From: Haloplanus sp.
Lineage (GTDB): Archaea; Halobacteriota; Halobacteria; Halobacteriales; Haloferacaceae
Direction: 5' to 3'
NCBI GenBank assembly: GCA_042216635.1
Contig: JBDGTR010000017.1
Span: forward strand, 1,615 to 65,614
DNA: 64,000 nt
A model generated the notes under the pieces. That model did not search any database. It was not told where the DNA came from and saw only the letters and a list, made by a program, of their open reading frames with translations. The first letter of the stretch is position 1, and the number at the start of each line of letters is the position of its first letter. Positions 19,604 to 29,390 of this stretch are shown one piece after another. The position numbers were made by a program, and so were the translations under genes.

Positions 19604-20650
19604 TCAGGGCCGGATGCGGCTGACCAGTTCCGAGAACGACATCACGTCGCCCTCGCCGGTAATGAGACCGGCGAATCCCTGCGGGATGAAGATGACGAAC
19701 ACGACGTAGATGACGCCGAGGACGATCAGCCACAGGTCCGTGATGGAACTGACGAAGTCCCGGAGCACGACCAGGAACGCCGCGCCGGCGAGGGGCCCCC
19801 ACAGCGAGCCCATCCCGCCGATGAGCGTCATCAGCAGGGCGTTCCCGCCGGTGTTCCAGTAGAGCGTGATCGGCGAGACGAAGTTGAGGTAGGGCCCGTA
19901 GAGCATCCCGCCGATGGCGGCGAAGAGGCCAGCGAAGGTGAACGCCGCCAGCTTGAACTTGAAGACGTCGAGCCCGATGGCCCGCGCCCGGGTGTCGTTC
20001 TCGCGGATGGCGACGAACACCTTCCCGAGCGGCGAGTTGAGCAGCCGCCGGATGGCGAGATAACAGCCCGCCACGAGCACGAGCGTCAGCCAGTAGAAGT
20101 TGGCCGGGTTGTCGAGCGGGAACAGCCCGGCGACGAGCGGCGGCGCGGGGACGCCCGAGAGCCCGTTCGCCCCGCCGGTGATGGTGTTGAGCTGCCGGGA
20201 GGCCTCGTAGAACAGCTGCGCGAACGCGAGGGTGATGAGCGAGAAGTAGACGCCCGAGACCTGGAATGCCAGGTAGCCGATGACGGCGCTGACGATCGTC
20301 ACGATCGCGACCGTGATGATCGCGGCCGGGATGAACGGGATCGCGGTCCCGATCAGGGGGTCGGCGGCCTTGAGCAGGAGCCCGAGCGTGTAGGCCGCCA
20401 GCCCGAACGGGAGGGCGTGGCCGAACGAGACCACGCCGGTGTAGCCGATCAGGATGTCGTAGCTCATCGCGAAGATCGCGAAGATGAACACCTCCGTGAG
20501 CAGCGAGAGCGTGGAGTTTGAGATGTAGACTGGCGGGAGCAGGGGAAGGGCCGCGAGAACGACCACGAGCACGGGCCGCCAGACGCGGAGGACGGGGTCC
20601 GGAACGGTCTGCTGGATGGGCTCGACGAGGCGGTCGCGGACGAGCGACAT
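19604..20650 (-). CDS. livM: branched-chain amino acid-type ABC permease (LivM-like)
   Basis: GYTGVVSFGH, AIRENDTRA and GGMGSLWGP motifs. Confidence 0.9.
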   Translation of the reverse strand: MSLVRDRLVEPIQQTVPDPVLRVWRPVLVVVLAALPLLPPVYISNSTLSLLTEVFIFAIFAMSYDILIGYTGVVSFGHALPFGLAAYTLGLLLKAADPLIGTAIPFIPAAIITVAIVTIVSAVIGYLAFQVSGVYFSLITLAFAQLFYEASRQLNTITGGANGLSGVPAPPLVAGLFPLDNPANFYWLTLVLVAGCYLAIRRLLNSPLGKVFVAIRENDTRARAIGLDVFKFKLAAFTFAGLFAAIGGMLYGPYLNFVSPITLYWNTGGNALLMTLIGGMGSLWGPLAGAAFLVVLRDFVSSITDLWLIVLGVIYVVFVIFIPQGFAGLITGEGDVMSFSELVSRIRP

Positions 20651-21537
20651 CAGTGCTCTACCCCCGTGGTGATCTCGGCGCCGAACAGGCCCTCCGGTTT
20701 CGCCAGGAGCGTCGCGGCCATCACCGCGAAGATGATGAACGGAGCGAACTGCGGGACGAAGTACTGGCCGAACATCTGTGCCAGGCCGACGAACAGCGCG
20801 CCGACGATGGCGCCCCGGAAGCTCCCGAGGCCGCCGATGACGACCACCACGAACGCGTCGAGGATGATCTCGGTCGAGAGCCCGGGATACACCCCGAGGA
20901 TGGGCGCGCTCATCACGCCGCCGAAGGCGGCCAGCCCCGTCCCGATGGCGAACATGATCGTGAACGACCGGCGGACGTTGATGCCGAGGGTCTGGACCAT
21001 CTCGGAGTCCATCGTGCCAGCCCGGACGATCATCCCGAGGTCGGTCCGTTCGAGGAACACGTAGATGGCGGCCGCCATCAGCGTCCCGACGACGACCACG
21101 AAGGCCCGGTAGTTCGGGACGATGACGCCGGCGAACTGGAGCGCCCCGGTGAGCCACCCCGGCGTCCCGAAGCTCTGGGAGTTCGGCCCCCAGATCAGGA
21201 TGAGGAATTCGTCGAGGATGAGCGAGAGCCCGAACGTGAGCAGAATCTGGTAGATCGGGTCGCGGTCGTAGAGCGGCCTGATCGTGAGCACTTCGAGGAC
21301 GACGCCGATGCCCGCGACGATGAATGGCGCAACAAGCAACGCCAGCAGGAACGGCAACTGGGCGTCGAAGATTGTCAGCCCGATGTAGGCGCCGAGCCCG
21401 AACAGCGCCCCGTGCGCGAAGTTGACGACGCCCATCAGCCCGAAGATGAGCGACAGCCCCGCCGCGATGAACAGCAGGACCATTCCCAGTGCGACGCCGT
21501 TGACGATCAGAAACCCGATCTGTGATACGGAAACCAT
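20650..21537 (-). CDS. livH: branched-chain amino acid-type ABC permease (LivH-like)
   Basis: GLSLIFGLMGVVNFAHG and GGLGSFRGA motifs. Confidence 0.92.
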   Translation of the reverse strand: MVSVSQIGFLIVNGVALGMVLLFIAAGLSLIFGLMGVVNFAHGALFGLGAYIGLTIFDAQLPFLLALLVAPFIVAGIGVVLEVLTIRPLYDRDPIYQILLTFGLSLILDEFLILIWGPNSQSFGTPGWLTGALQFAGVIVPNYRAFVVVVGTLMAAAIYVFLERTDLGMIVRAGTMDSEMVQTLGINVRRSFTIMFAIGTGLAAFGGVMSAPILGVYPGLSTEIILDAFVVVVIGGLGSFRGAIVGALFVGLAQMFGQYFVPQFAPFIIFAVMAATLLAKPEGLFGAEITTGVEH

Positions 21538-21666
21538 GCAGTCACTCCCTGACGGCCGGAATGACCAGGTGGTGGATAAGTGTTGTGCAACTGTACCACG
21601 CGCTGTGATGTCGCGTGACCATCAAGAAAGATATATCTGGGGGGGTTGCAAAGACCGGGCCGACGT

Positions 21667-23016
21667 ATGGCAGACAGAAACACTCGCGGCCGCTCAGACC
21701 GGCCGTTCAGTCGTCGTCGCGTTCTCAAAGCTGGGGTCGCTGCTGGCGCCGTCGGACTCGCCGGCTGTGCGAGCAACCGCGGTGGCGGGAACGGGGGTGG
21801 GTCGACGCCGACGGACAGCGGCGGGAACGGCGGCGGTGGCGGAACCACGACCAAGTCGGACAGTGGCGGCGGCAGCGACACGATCCGGATGGTGCAGTTC
21901 GTGCCGCTGTCGGGGCCGTACTCGATCTTCGGCAAGTGGGTCAAGAAGGGCGCCCAGCTCGCCGAGAAACAGGTCAACGCCGACGGCGGCATCAACGGCA
22001 AGGAGTTGCAACTGGAGTTCGCCGACTCCGAGACCGACCCCAACGCGACCGTCCAGAAGGCCAAGCAGTACAACAACAACGGCGTGGACTACTTCCTCCA
22101 CGGCGTCTCCAGCGCGGTCGGGGCCGCCCTGGAGGGCTGGGCCACGAGCAACGGCGCGTTCGTCACGATCGACGGCGACGGCGCGACCACCATCACCGGC
22201 GAGAACTGCGTGTCCAACGCGGTCCGGGTCAACCGGAACGTCTCGATGGGGGCGTTCAGTCTGGGCGTCTACGCCGAAGACAAGTTCCCGGACGTCTCCG
22301 ACTACTGGTTCATCGGCGCCGACTACAACTGGGGCCACACGGGCGTCCAGTACGGCAAGCAGATCGCCAAGGCCAACGGCAACAACATCGTCGGTGAGTC
22401 GTTCGCCCCGCTCGGCACCAAGGACTTCTCGACCTACATCAACAAGATCACCAGTTCGAGCGCCAAGGGCCTCTACGTCGTCATCTCCGGGTCGGACTTC
22501 ATCCGATTCATCAACCAGTCGCTCAACTACGGCCTGCTCGACCAGCTCGACATCATGCTCTGTACCAACGCCGGGGACATCGACACCTCGAAGGAACTCG
22601 GCAGCAAAGCGACTGGCATCGCGTCGACGACGCGGTGGTACTTCACGGCCGACTACGGCACCGAGGGCCAGTCCAAGTTCAACGAGGCCTGGAAGAACGA
22701 GTACGATTCCCTGCCCCGCGGCGTCGGGGAGAACGCCTGGGCCGGCGTCTGGATGAACAAGCTCGTCATGGAGGAGGCCGGCTCCACCGCGGTCTCGGAC
22801 GTCGTCGACACCTACCCCGGGTTCAACTGGGACTCCGGCATGGCGACCGTCCCCCGGAACATCAGGAAGTGCGACCACCAGGCCGAACAGCCCATCTTCG
22901 TCGGTCAACTCACCGAGACGAGCGACTACGACTTCCCCATCCTGGAAGGCGAGACCTACAAGCCGAGCGAACACAAGCTCATCCGGGACTGCTCGGAGAC
23001 GAACTGCTCCCTCTGA
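21667..23016 (+). CDS. TAT lipoprotein ABC substrate-binding protein (LivJ/K-like)
   Basis: SRRRVLK...LAGC; PLSGPYS...GGING, GADYNWG and PLGTKDFS motifs. Confidence 0.9.
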   Translation: MADRNTRGRSDRPFSRRRVLKAGVAAGAVGLAGCASNRGGGNGGGSTPTDSGGNGGGGGTTTKSDSGGGSDTIRMVQFVPLSGPYSIFGKWVKKGAQLAEKQVNADGGINGKELQLEFADSETDPNATVQKAKQYNNNGVDYFLHGVSSAVGAALEGWATSNGAFVTIDGDGATTITGENCVSNAVRVNRNVSMGAFSLGVYAEDKFPDVSDYWFIGADYNWGHTGVQYGKQIAKANGNNIVGESFAPLGTKDFSTYINKITSSSAKGLYVVISGSDFIRFINQSLNYGLLDQLDIMLCTNAGDIDTSKELGSKATGIASTTRWYFTADYGTEGQSKFNEAWKNEYDSLPRGVGENAWAGVWMNKLVMEEAGSTAVSDVVDTYPGFNWDSGMATVPRNIRKCDHQAEQPIFVGQLTETSDYDFPILEGETYKPSEHKLIRDCSETNCSL

Positions 23017-23762
23017 TGCTGCTCGAAACGGAGTCACTAACCAAGCAGTTCGGCGGCCTCGTGGCCGTCGACGACGTCGACTACCAGCTGGAAGCGGGAA
23101 CTGTGACTTCGCTCATCGGTCCGAACGGCGCCGGCAAGACGACGTTCTTCAGCCTCCTCACGGGCGCGCTCGACCCGACCGAGGGGCGGGTCGTCTTCGA
23201 CGGCGAGGACATCACCGACCTCTCGATGGAGGAGACGACCCGCCGCGGGATGGCGCGATCGTATCAGATCACCAATCTCTTTCCGGAACTGACCGTCGAG
23301 GAGAACCTCCGCATCGCCGCACAGAGCATCGGGGGCGGTAACTTCCAGTTCTACCGCCACCACCGCGTCCACGAGGAGTACTACGAGACGGCCCGGCGCC
23401 TGCTCGACCGGCTCGACATCGCCGAGTACGCCCAGGACAAGGCCAAGAACCTCGCGTACGGCGACAAGCGCGTCCTCGAGGTGGGGATCGCGCTGGCGAC
23501 CGCCCCCGACCTGCTCCTGCTCGACGAGCCGACCGCCGGCATGTCCAAGGACGGCTCCGAGCGCATCATCGACCTCATCGGCGAACTCCGCGGCGAGTAC
23601 ACCATCCTGCTCGTCGAGCACGACGTCGAGATGGTGATGTCGGTCTCCGACACCGTGACGGTCCTCGACCGCGGGCAGCTCATCGCGCGCGGCACGCCAG
23701 CGGAGGTCCAGCGCGACGAACGCGTCCGCGAGGCCTACCTCGGGTCGGAGGTGGAAGCGTGA
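23016..23762 (+). CDS. livG: ABC ATP-binding protein (LivG-like)
   Basis: GPNGAGKT, LAYGDKR, LLLDEP and VREAYLG; TGATG coupling to the binding-protein gene. Confidence 0.92.
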   Translation: MLLETESLTKQFGGLVAVDDVDYQLEAGTVTSLIGPNGAGKTTFFSLLTGALDPTEGRVVFDGEDITDLSMEETTRRGMARSYQITNLFPELTVEENLRIAAQSIGGGNFQFYRHHRVHEEYYETARRLLDRLDIAEYAQDKAKNLAYGDKRVLEVGIALATAPDLLLLDEPTAGMSKDGSERIIDLIGELRGEYTILLVEHDVEMVMSVSDTVTVLDRGQLIARGTPAEVQRDERVREAYLGSEVEA

Positions 23763-24469
23763 CCCTGCTCGACCTCGACGGCGTCCACACCTACTACGAC
23801 GAGAGCCACGTCCTCTACGGCATCGACCTCGAGGTCGCAGACGAGGAGGTCGTGGCCGTCCTTGGTCGCAACGGCGCGGGCAAGACGACGACGCTCCGGT
23901 CGATCACCGGGCTCACGCCGCCCCGCGAGGGGACGATCACCTTCGACGGCGAGGACATCACCGACCTCAGCCCGTTCAAGATCGCCCGCCGGGGCGTCGG
24001 CTTCGTCCCCGAGGAACGCCGGCTGTTCGACGGGCTGACCGTCCACGAGAACCTCCGGATGGCAGAGATCGAGGACGTCGGCGAGTACACCATCGCCGAC
24101 GCCTACGACCTCTTCCCGAAGCTCGACGAACTCAGGGAGTCGGAGGCGGGCGACCTCTCGGGCGGCGAACAGCAGATGCTCGCCATCGCGCGCGGGCTGC
24201 TGGGCGGGACGAAGCTGCTCCTGCTCGACGAGCCGACCGAGGGCCTCGCCCCGCAGATCGTCGAGGACGTCATGGACGCCGTCCGGACGCTCAAGGACGA
24301 GTCCATCACCATCGTCATCGTCGAGCAGAACGTCCAGCTCGCGCTCGACGTGGCCGACCGCGCCTACGTCATCGAGTCCGGCCAGGTGGTCCACGAGGCA
24401 CCGGCCCACGAACTGGCCGAGGACGACGAGACCATCGACCGGTACCTCGCGACCGGCATCGAGAGCTGA
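23759..24469 (+). CDS. livF: ABC ATP-binding protein (LivF-like)
   Basis: GRNGAGKT, LSGGEQQ, DEPTEGLAP and VEQN motifs. Confidence 0.92.
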   Translation: MTLLDLDGVHTYYDESHVLYGIDLEVADEEVVAVLGRNGAGKTTTLRSITGLTPPREGTITFDGEDITDLSPFKIARRGVGFVPEERRLFDGLTVHENLRMAEIEDVGEYTIADAYDLFPKLDELRESEAGDLSGGEQQMLAIARGLLGGTKLLLLDEPTEGLAPQIVEDVMDAVRTLKDESITIVIVEQNVQLALDVADRAYVIESGQVVHEAPAHELAEDDETIDRYLATGIES

Positions 24470-24484
24470 CCGCCTCCCTCTCTC

Positions 24485-24913
24485 TTAGCTCTCCAACGTC
24501 GCGTCGAGCGTGATCTCCGGCCCGGCCAGCGCCTTCGAGACCGGGCAGTTCTCCTTGGCCCGGGTGGCGAGTTCCTCGAACGTCTCCTCGTCGATGCCCG
24601 GGATCGACGCGGTCAGCGTCAGGTCGATGCGCGGAATCTCGAACCCGCCGCCCTCGGCACGGTCGAGGTGGACGTCTGCCTCGACGGCGAGTTGCTCGGG
24701 CTCGTAGTCCTCGCCCTCCAGAAACGCCGTCAGCTGCATCGAGAAACAGCCCGAGTGAGCCGCGCCGACGAGTTCCTCGGGGTTCGTCCCGGGTTCGTCC
24801 TCGAACCGCGTCGGGAACCGGAACGTCCCCTCGACCTCGCCGCTCTCCGTCTCGAAGTCGCCGCTGCCGTCGGTGCTTCCACGCCAGGTGGTCGTCGCGT
24901 GTCTCGTGGGCAT
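24485..24913 (-). CDS. osmC: OsmC family peroxiredoxin
   Basis: GTNPEELVGAAHSGCFSM...AKENCPVSKAL. Confidence 0.92.
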   Translation of the reverse strand: MPTRHATTTWRGSTDGSGDFETESGEVEGTFRFPTRFEDEPGTNPEELVGAAHSGCFSMQLTAFLEGEDYEPEQLAVEADVHLDRAEGGGFEIPRIDLTLTASIPGIDEETFEELATRAKENCPVSKALAGPEITLDATLES

Positions 24914-25199
24914 CGCGTGTCCCCGTACGGAGACCAGCCGTATGGAACTGGCGGCGACTCGTCCCGGACGCGACGGGACTCTGTCGAACGCTCTCGCCTT
25001 CGACCGCGAGGACAGCACGCCTGCGGTGAACGGCGGGACTCGCTCCTCGAGTCAGGTAGCCGACGCCCCGCCGGAGCCCCGGCGTTCGCCGACACTCCGA
25101 CGTCCCGGGTCAGCCGTCCGTCGATCCGGATTCTGAGCCGTCTCGCCGGACCGGCGAGCCAGCGCTGCACCTGGCAGATCGCAGTTCGTACCCCGGCCG

Positions 25200-25607
25200 T
25201 CAGTCGGCCAGCGCCGTACGCGGTGCCCCGCCCTGCTCCTCGCTCGCGGTGATCGTCCCCCACGCGATGATGGCCATCGAGATGGCGAGCAGCGCCCCCC
25301 AGATGTAGGCGGTGATCAGCAGCGGCGGCGCGACCATCTCCATCAGCACCGTCGCGGGCAGGAGCCACTGGCCGACGACGAACCCGTAGACCGCCACCGA
25401 CCGGAGCGTGCCCGTCAGCGCCGTCCGTTCGATGGCGAACCCGGTCACGACGGCCAGGATCGCGAGGATGCCGAAGTGGGCGTGCGCCCCGATCGACGCC
25501 TGCGGCAGCCCCGACCCCATCGGCGAGATGAGGTAGACCTGGACGAGCCCCCACAGCATCTGGATGGTCAGTGCGACGTAGCCCGACGCTCGAAGTGTCC
25601 GGGACAT
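25200..25607 (-). CDS. 4-TM membrane protein with HAH motif
   Basis: MSRTLRASGY...GAHAHFGILAIL; TATA box at ~25633. Confidence 0.7.
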   Translation of the reverse strand: MSRTLRASGYVALTIQMLWGLVQVYLISPMGSGLPQASIGAHAHFGILAILAVVTGFAIERTALTGTLRSVAVYGFVVGQWLLPATVLMEMVAPPLLITAYIWGALLAISMAIIAWGTITASEEQGGAPRTALAD

Positions 25608-25748
25608 GACGAGAGATAGCACCCACCATGGGTATATAACTATTCCGCCGCTCGGGCGCCTCCGGGCCACAGCCTGGCGTTCCCCACCGATGCGACCCCG
25701 TCGTAAACCGACCGATTGATGGTGGTCGACGGGAAGGTACGGCCAGCC

Positions 25749-26330
25749 ATGGACACTCGAACGGCAGACGTCGACCTCGTCGGCAGAGAGACGGTGGAGA
25801 ACGTCGCGCGCGCCGCGCTGCTGGCGGCGCTCACCGGGGCGTTCGCGTACGTGGTGTTCCCGAACCCGGTGTCGCCGACCGACGTGACGCTGCAGGTGCT
25901 GGGCGTGTTCCTCGCGGGCCTGCTGCTCGGGCCGGTCTGGGGCACCGTCTCGCTCTGCCTGTACCTGGCGGCCGGCGCGGTCGGGGCGCCGGTCTACCTG
26001 GGCGGGGCGGCCGGCGTCGGCCACCTGTTCGGCGCCACCGCGGGCTACCTCTGGTCGTACCCGATCGCCGCCGCGGTCGTCGGCCTGGCCGTCCACGGCC
26101 GGGGCGGCCTGCGCCCGCTCGGCGAGGTCGGCCTGCCGCGACTGGTCGGCGCGATGGTCGCCGGGGTCGTCGTCATCTACGCGCTGGGCGCGGCGGGGCT
26201 GATGCTCGTCCTCGGGTACGGCCTGCAGAAGGCGGTCGTGACCGGCGCGCTGGTGTTCCTGCCGGCGGAGGCGCTCAAGCTCGTGGCCGCGGTCGGCATC
26301 GTCCGGAGCGACGCCATCCGCGCGCGATGA
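25749..26330 (+). CDS. bioY: biotin ECF transporter S component BioY
   Basis: TLQVLGVFLAGLLLG, GATAGYLWSYP and FLPAEALK motifs. Confidence 0.92.
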   Translation: MDTRTADVDLVGRETVENVARAALLAALTGAFAYVVFPNPVSPTDVTLQVLGVFLAGLLLGPVWGTVSLCLYLAAGAVGAPVYLGGAAGVGHLFGATAGYLWSYPIAAAVVGLAVHGRGGLRPLGEVGLPRLVGAMVAGVVVIYALGAAGLMLVLGYGLQKAVVTGALVFLPAEALKLVAAVGIVRSDAIRAR

Positions 26331-27070
26331 TCGAGACGCGGGCGCTGGTCCACCGGTACGACGCCGCCGACGGAACGGGGCCCGCGCTCGACGGCGTCTC
26401 GCTCACGATCGACGACGGCGAGTTCGTCGTCCTCGCCGGCCCGAACGGCAGCGGCAAGACCACGCTCGTCCGGCACTTCAACGGGCTGGTGACGCCGACC
26501 AGCGGCGAGGTGCTGGTGGACGGCCGGCCGGTCGCCGAGGACCTGACCGCCGCCCGAACCAGCGTGAGCATGGTCTTCCAGGACCCCCGGGACGGGTTCG
26601 TCGCGGCGACCGTCGCGGCCGACGTGGCGTTCGGCCCGGAGAACCTGGGCCTCCCCCGCGAGACGGTCGACCGGCGCGTCGAGGCGGCGCTGGCCGCGGT
26701 CAACATGGCCGGTCGCGGCGACGAGCGCATCGACCGGCTCTCGGGCGGCGAGCAGGCCCGCGTGGCCATCGCGGGCGCGCTGGCCATGGCGCCCGCCCAC
26801 CTCGTGCTCGACGAACCGCTGACGGGCCTCGACTGGCCCGCCCGCCGTGCCGTGCTCGACCGGCTCCGCGACCTCCACGACGGGGGCGTGGGCGTGGTCG
26901 TCGTCACCCACGACCTCCGGGACGTGCTCGCGCTCGCGGACCGGGTGGTCGTCCTCCGGGACGGCGCGGTCGCACTCGACGCCGCCCCCGGGGCGGCCCG
27001 CGACCGCCTCGCCGGGCTCGACGTCCGGCCGCCCGACGGGGCGGGCGCGCCCGGCGACCGCGAGGACTAG
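26327..27070 (+). CDS. ECF transporter ATPase (BioM/EcfA)
   Basis: GPNGSGKT, VFQDP, DVAFGPEN and LSGGE motifs. Confidence 0.92.
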   Translation: MIETRALVHRYDAADGTGPALDGVSLTIDDGEFVVLAGPNGSGKTTLVRHFNGLVTPTSGEVLVDGRPVAEDLTAARTSVSMVFQDPRDGFVAATVAADVAFGPENLGLPRETVDRRVEAALAAVNMAGRGDERIDRLSGGEQARVAIAGALAMAPAHLVLDEPLTGLDWPARRAVLDRLRDLHDGGVGVVVVTHDLRDVLALADRVVVLRDGAVALDAAPGAARDRLAGLDVRPPDGAGAPGDRED

Positions 27071-27074
27071 CGCG

Positions 27075-27779
27075 GTGCTCTCGTACGTCCCGGGCGACTC
27101 GCTCGCACACCGGCTCGGCCCCCGCGTCAAACTCGCGGTCCAGGCCGGCGTCGCCGTCGCGGCCTTCGCCCACACCACGCCCGCCGGCCTCGCGGCGCTG
27201 ACGGGCGTGACCGCGGTCGTCCTCTACGGCTCGCGGACCGGGCCGCTCAGCGCGCTCTCGGAGGTCTGGCTGGTCCTGCCCTTCCTGCTGGCCGGGCCGC
27301 TGCTGGAGGGCCTCCGCCTCGGGCCGCCCTGGTTCTCGGTCGCGGCGGCGCGGTTCCCGGCGCTGGCGTCCTACCGGACGGTCCTCCTGCTGGTGACGAG
27401 CACGGCCTACGTCCGGACCACGCGGGTCCGCGACTCCCGGGCGGCCGTCCAGTGGCTGCTGCCGGGTCGGCCCGGACAGTTGCTCGGGATGGGCGTCGCG
27501 TTCGTGTTCCGGTTCCTCCCGGTGCTCCAGCGCGACCTCGGGCAGGTCCGGAGCGCGATGCGCGCGCGCCTGGGCGGCGAGCGCCCGATCCACGACCGCA
27601 TGCGCCTCGTCGCCGTCGCCGGCATCGACCGGGCGCTCTCGCGGTCGGACACCTTCGCGCTCGCGCTCCAGGCGCGGTGCTTCTCGTGGAACCCGACCCT
27701 CCCCCCGCTGGAACTCTCCCGCCTCGACGTGCCGGCGCTCTGTCTGGCGGTCGCGCTCGTCGCGTCGGCGGCGCTCTGA
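27075..27779 (+). CDS. ECF transporter T component (BioN/EcfT)
   Basis: HRLGPRVKL, RFLPVL, AMRAR and ALQAR motifs; GTG start. Confidence 0.88.
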   Translation: MLSYVPGDSLAHRLGPRVKLAVQAGVAVAAFAHTTPAGLAALTGVTAVVLYGSRTGPLSALSEVWLVLPFLLAGPLLEGLRLGPPWFSVAAARFPALASYRTVLLLVTSTAYVRTTRVRDSRAAVQWLLPGRPGQLLGMGVAFVFRFLPVLQRDLGQVRSAMRARLGGERPIHDRMRLVAVAGIDRALSRSDTFALALQARCFSWNPTLPPLELSRLDVPALCLAVALVASAAL

Positions 27780-27894
27780 GCGGGCACGACGAGCGCGACC
27801 GCCGGTGACGGCGTGGAACGGGCGTGCTGCACATCTGAGGGCCACGGTCCGGCCACACATCTCCTTTCGATATCGATGCCCTTCTTCTGCCTGG

Positions 27895-27970
27895 ATTATC
27901 GAAAATATTTTTCTGTACCGTAATTTCCCACCGGAATTCCCCACATATTATTGAAAATATAAATACTTCC
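27895..27970 (+). promoter_or_regulatory. AT-rich promoter with repeated GAAAATAT
   Basis: GAAAATATTTTTC at 27901 and GAAAATATAAAT at 27953, the latter ~28 bp before the ATG at 27990. Confidence 0.6.
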
Positions 27971-27989
27971 GCGATCTACCTTCGAAGCC

Positions 27990-28313
27990 ATGGACTCAGA
28001 TCTGGACGAGAGGCTCCGGGCACTCGCCGACCCGACGCGGCGGCGCATTCTGCTCGCCGTCGCCGAGACCGCTCCTCGGTCGGCCGACGCACTCGTCGAC
28101 CGGGACGACGCCCCCGCCGGAGCCGAGGACGAGCAGAAACGCCACATCCGGCTGCACCACGTCCACCTCCCGCAGCTCGACGAGGCGGGCCTCGTCGACT
28201 GGGACCGGGACCGAAACCAGGTGCGCAGAGGCCCGCACTTCGAGGCCGTCCGTCCGATCCTCACACTGCTCGACGACGACCCGGACACGCTCACTCCGGA
28301 CGGGAGTCCGTGA
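27990..28313 (+). CDS. haloarchaeal HTH protein (DUF7344-like)
   Basis: ALADPTRRRIL...LHHVHLPQLDEAGLVDWD...RGPHF. Confidence 0.85.
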   Translation: MDSDLDERLRALADPTRRRILLAVAETAPRSADALVDRDDAPAGAEDEQKRHIRLHHVHLPQLDEAGLVDWDRDRNQVRRGPHFEAVRPILTLLDDDPDTLTPDGSP

Positions 28314-28762
28314 CCATGGACGACCTCGACCGGCGGATTCTCCACCACCTCCAGCAGGACGCCCGGAACAACACCAACACCGAGATCAGCGAGCGCGTGG
28401 GCGTCGCGCCGAGTACAGTCGGAAACCGCATCAGAGCTCTCGAAGCCGACGGCGTCATCCGTGGCTACAAGCCCGTCATCGACTACGAGCGCGCGGGCTT
28501 CCCGCTCCGCGTGCTGTTCATGTGTTCGGCACCGATTCCGGATCGGCGAGCACTCGTCGAGGCAGCCTACGACATCCCGGGCGTCGTGAACGTCAAAGAG
28601 TTGATGGAGGGCGACCAGAACATCCACGTCGAAGTTGTCGGGGAGTCGAACGACGACGTCACGCGGGTGGCAACGGACATCGACGCCCTCGAAATCACCA
28701 TCAGACGGGAGGTCCTGGTGAAAGACGAATCTCTCCGGCCGGCCAGCATCTTCGAGGACTGA
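28310..28762 (+). CDS. Lrp/AsnC family transcriptional regulator
   Basis: DDLDRRILHHLQQDAR...STVGNRIRALEADGVIRGY. Confidence 0.92.
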   Translation: MTMDDLDRRILHHLQQDARNNTNTEISERVGVAPSTVGNRIRALEADGVIRGYKPVIDYERAGFPLRVLFMCSAPIPDRRALVEAAYDIPGVVNVKELMEGDQNIHVEVVGESNDDVTRVATDIDALEITIRREVLVKDESLRPASIFED

Positions 28763-28887
28763 TCACGGCTGGCGGGGACGTGTCAGCCGAGCGCATCCAG
28801 AAACGAGCGTCCAGCCATTTTTATGCACATAACTATCCTATTATTAAAACGGAAGACATATGCTGGGATGAAGACTATGCTGGTGCG

Positions 28888-29151
28888 ATGCAGAGTCGTG
28901 AGGAGATGACATCGAGCGATCCAAGGACAGCCTCGGAAGCCGTCGTCGACGCGATCGCGGCTCACCTGGACGTCGACCCGGCCGCGTTGGACCACTCGCT
29001 GTACGACGTCATCGACCCGGATGCGCTCGACCACCTGGTCGACTGGTCGCAGGACAAAACGTGTGCGAGAGCGGACGGAGTGACCGTGACCTTCGAGTAC
29101 TGTGGGCACACCGTGGTCGTCGACGGAAGCAGACAGGTCACAATCCAGTAA
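28888..29151 (+). CDS. HalOD1 output domain protein
   Basis: SEAVVDAIA..DVDP..L..SLYDVIDPDALDHL...VTFEYCGHTVVV. Confidence 0.88.
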   Translation: MQSREEMTSSDPRTASEAVVDAIAAHLDVDPAALDHSLYDVIDPDALDHLVDWSQDKTCARADGVTVTFEYCGHTVVVDGSRQVTIQ

Positions 29152-29225
29152 ACGGAGCCGCTGATTCCAGGGCGGCGGGAATCCGGCGATGCCGCCCCCC
29201 GCGACGCCGGCCAGGTGCGTCGCGT

Positions 29226-29361
29226 CCGGTGGCGTTCGGCGGCGTCAATTCCGGTGGCGTCTCGTCCCATCCCGCCCGGTGGCATCCGGTGGCGTCCCGT
29301 CCGGTCGCCACGGCGCGGTGGCTCGACGCACCGTGGCCGGTTGTCCGCGACCGCCGGTGGC
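29226..29361 (+). repeat. degenerate pentamer-periodic repeat rich in CCGGTGGC
   Basis: CCGGTGGC at 29226, 29251, 29276, 29286 and 29354, with variants at 29236 and 29301. Confidence 0.6.
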
Positions 29362-29390
29362 TCTATACCGAACTCCCGCGAACGGCGGGC

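Noticed and set aside
25142-25158. Hairpin CTCGCCGG-A-CCGGCGAG
   Set aside because: Single short GC hairpin with no T-tract; expected by chance at this GC content.
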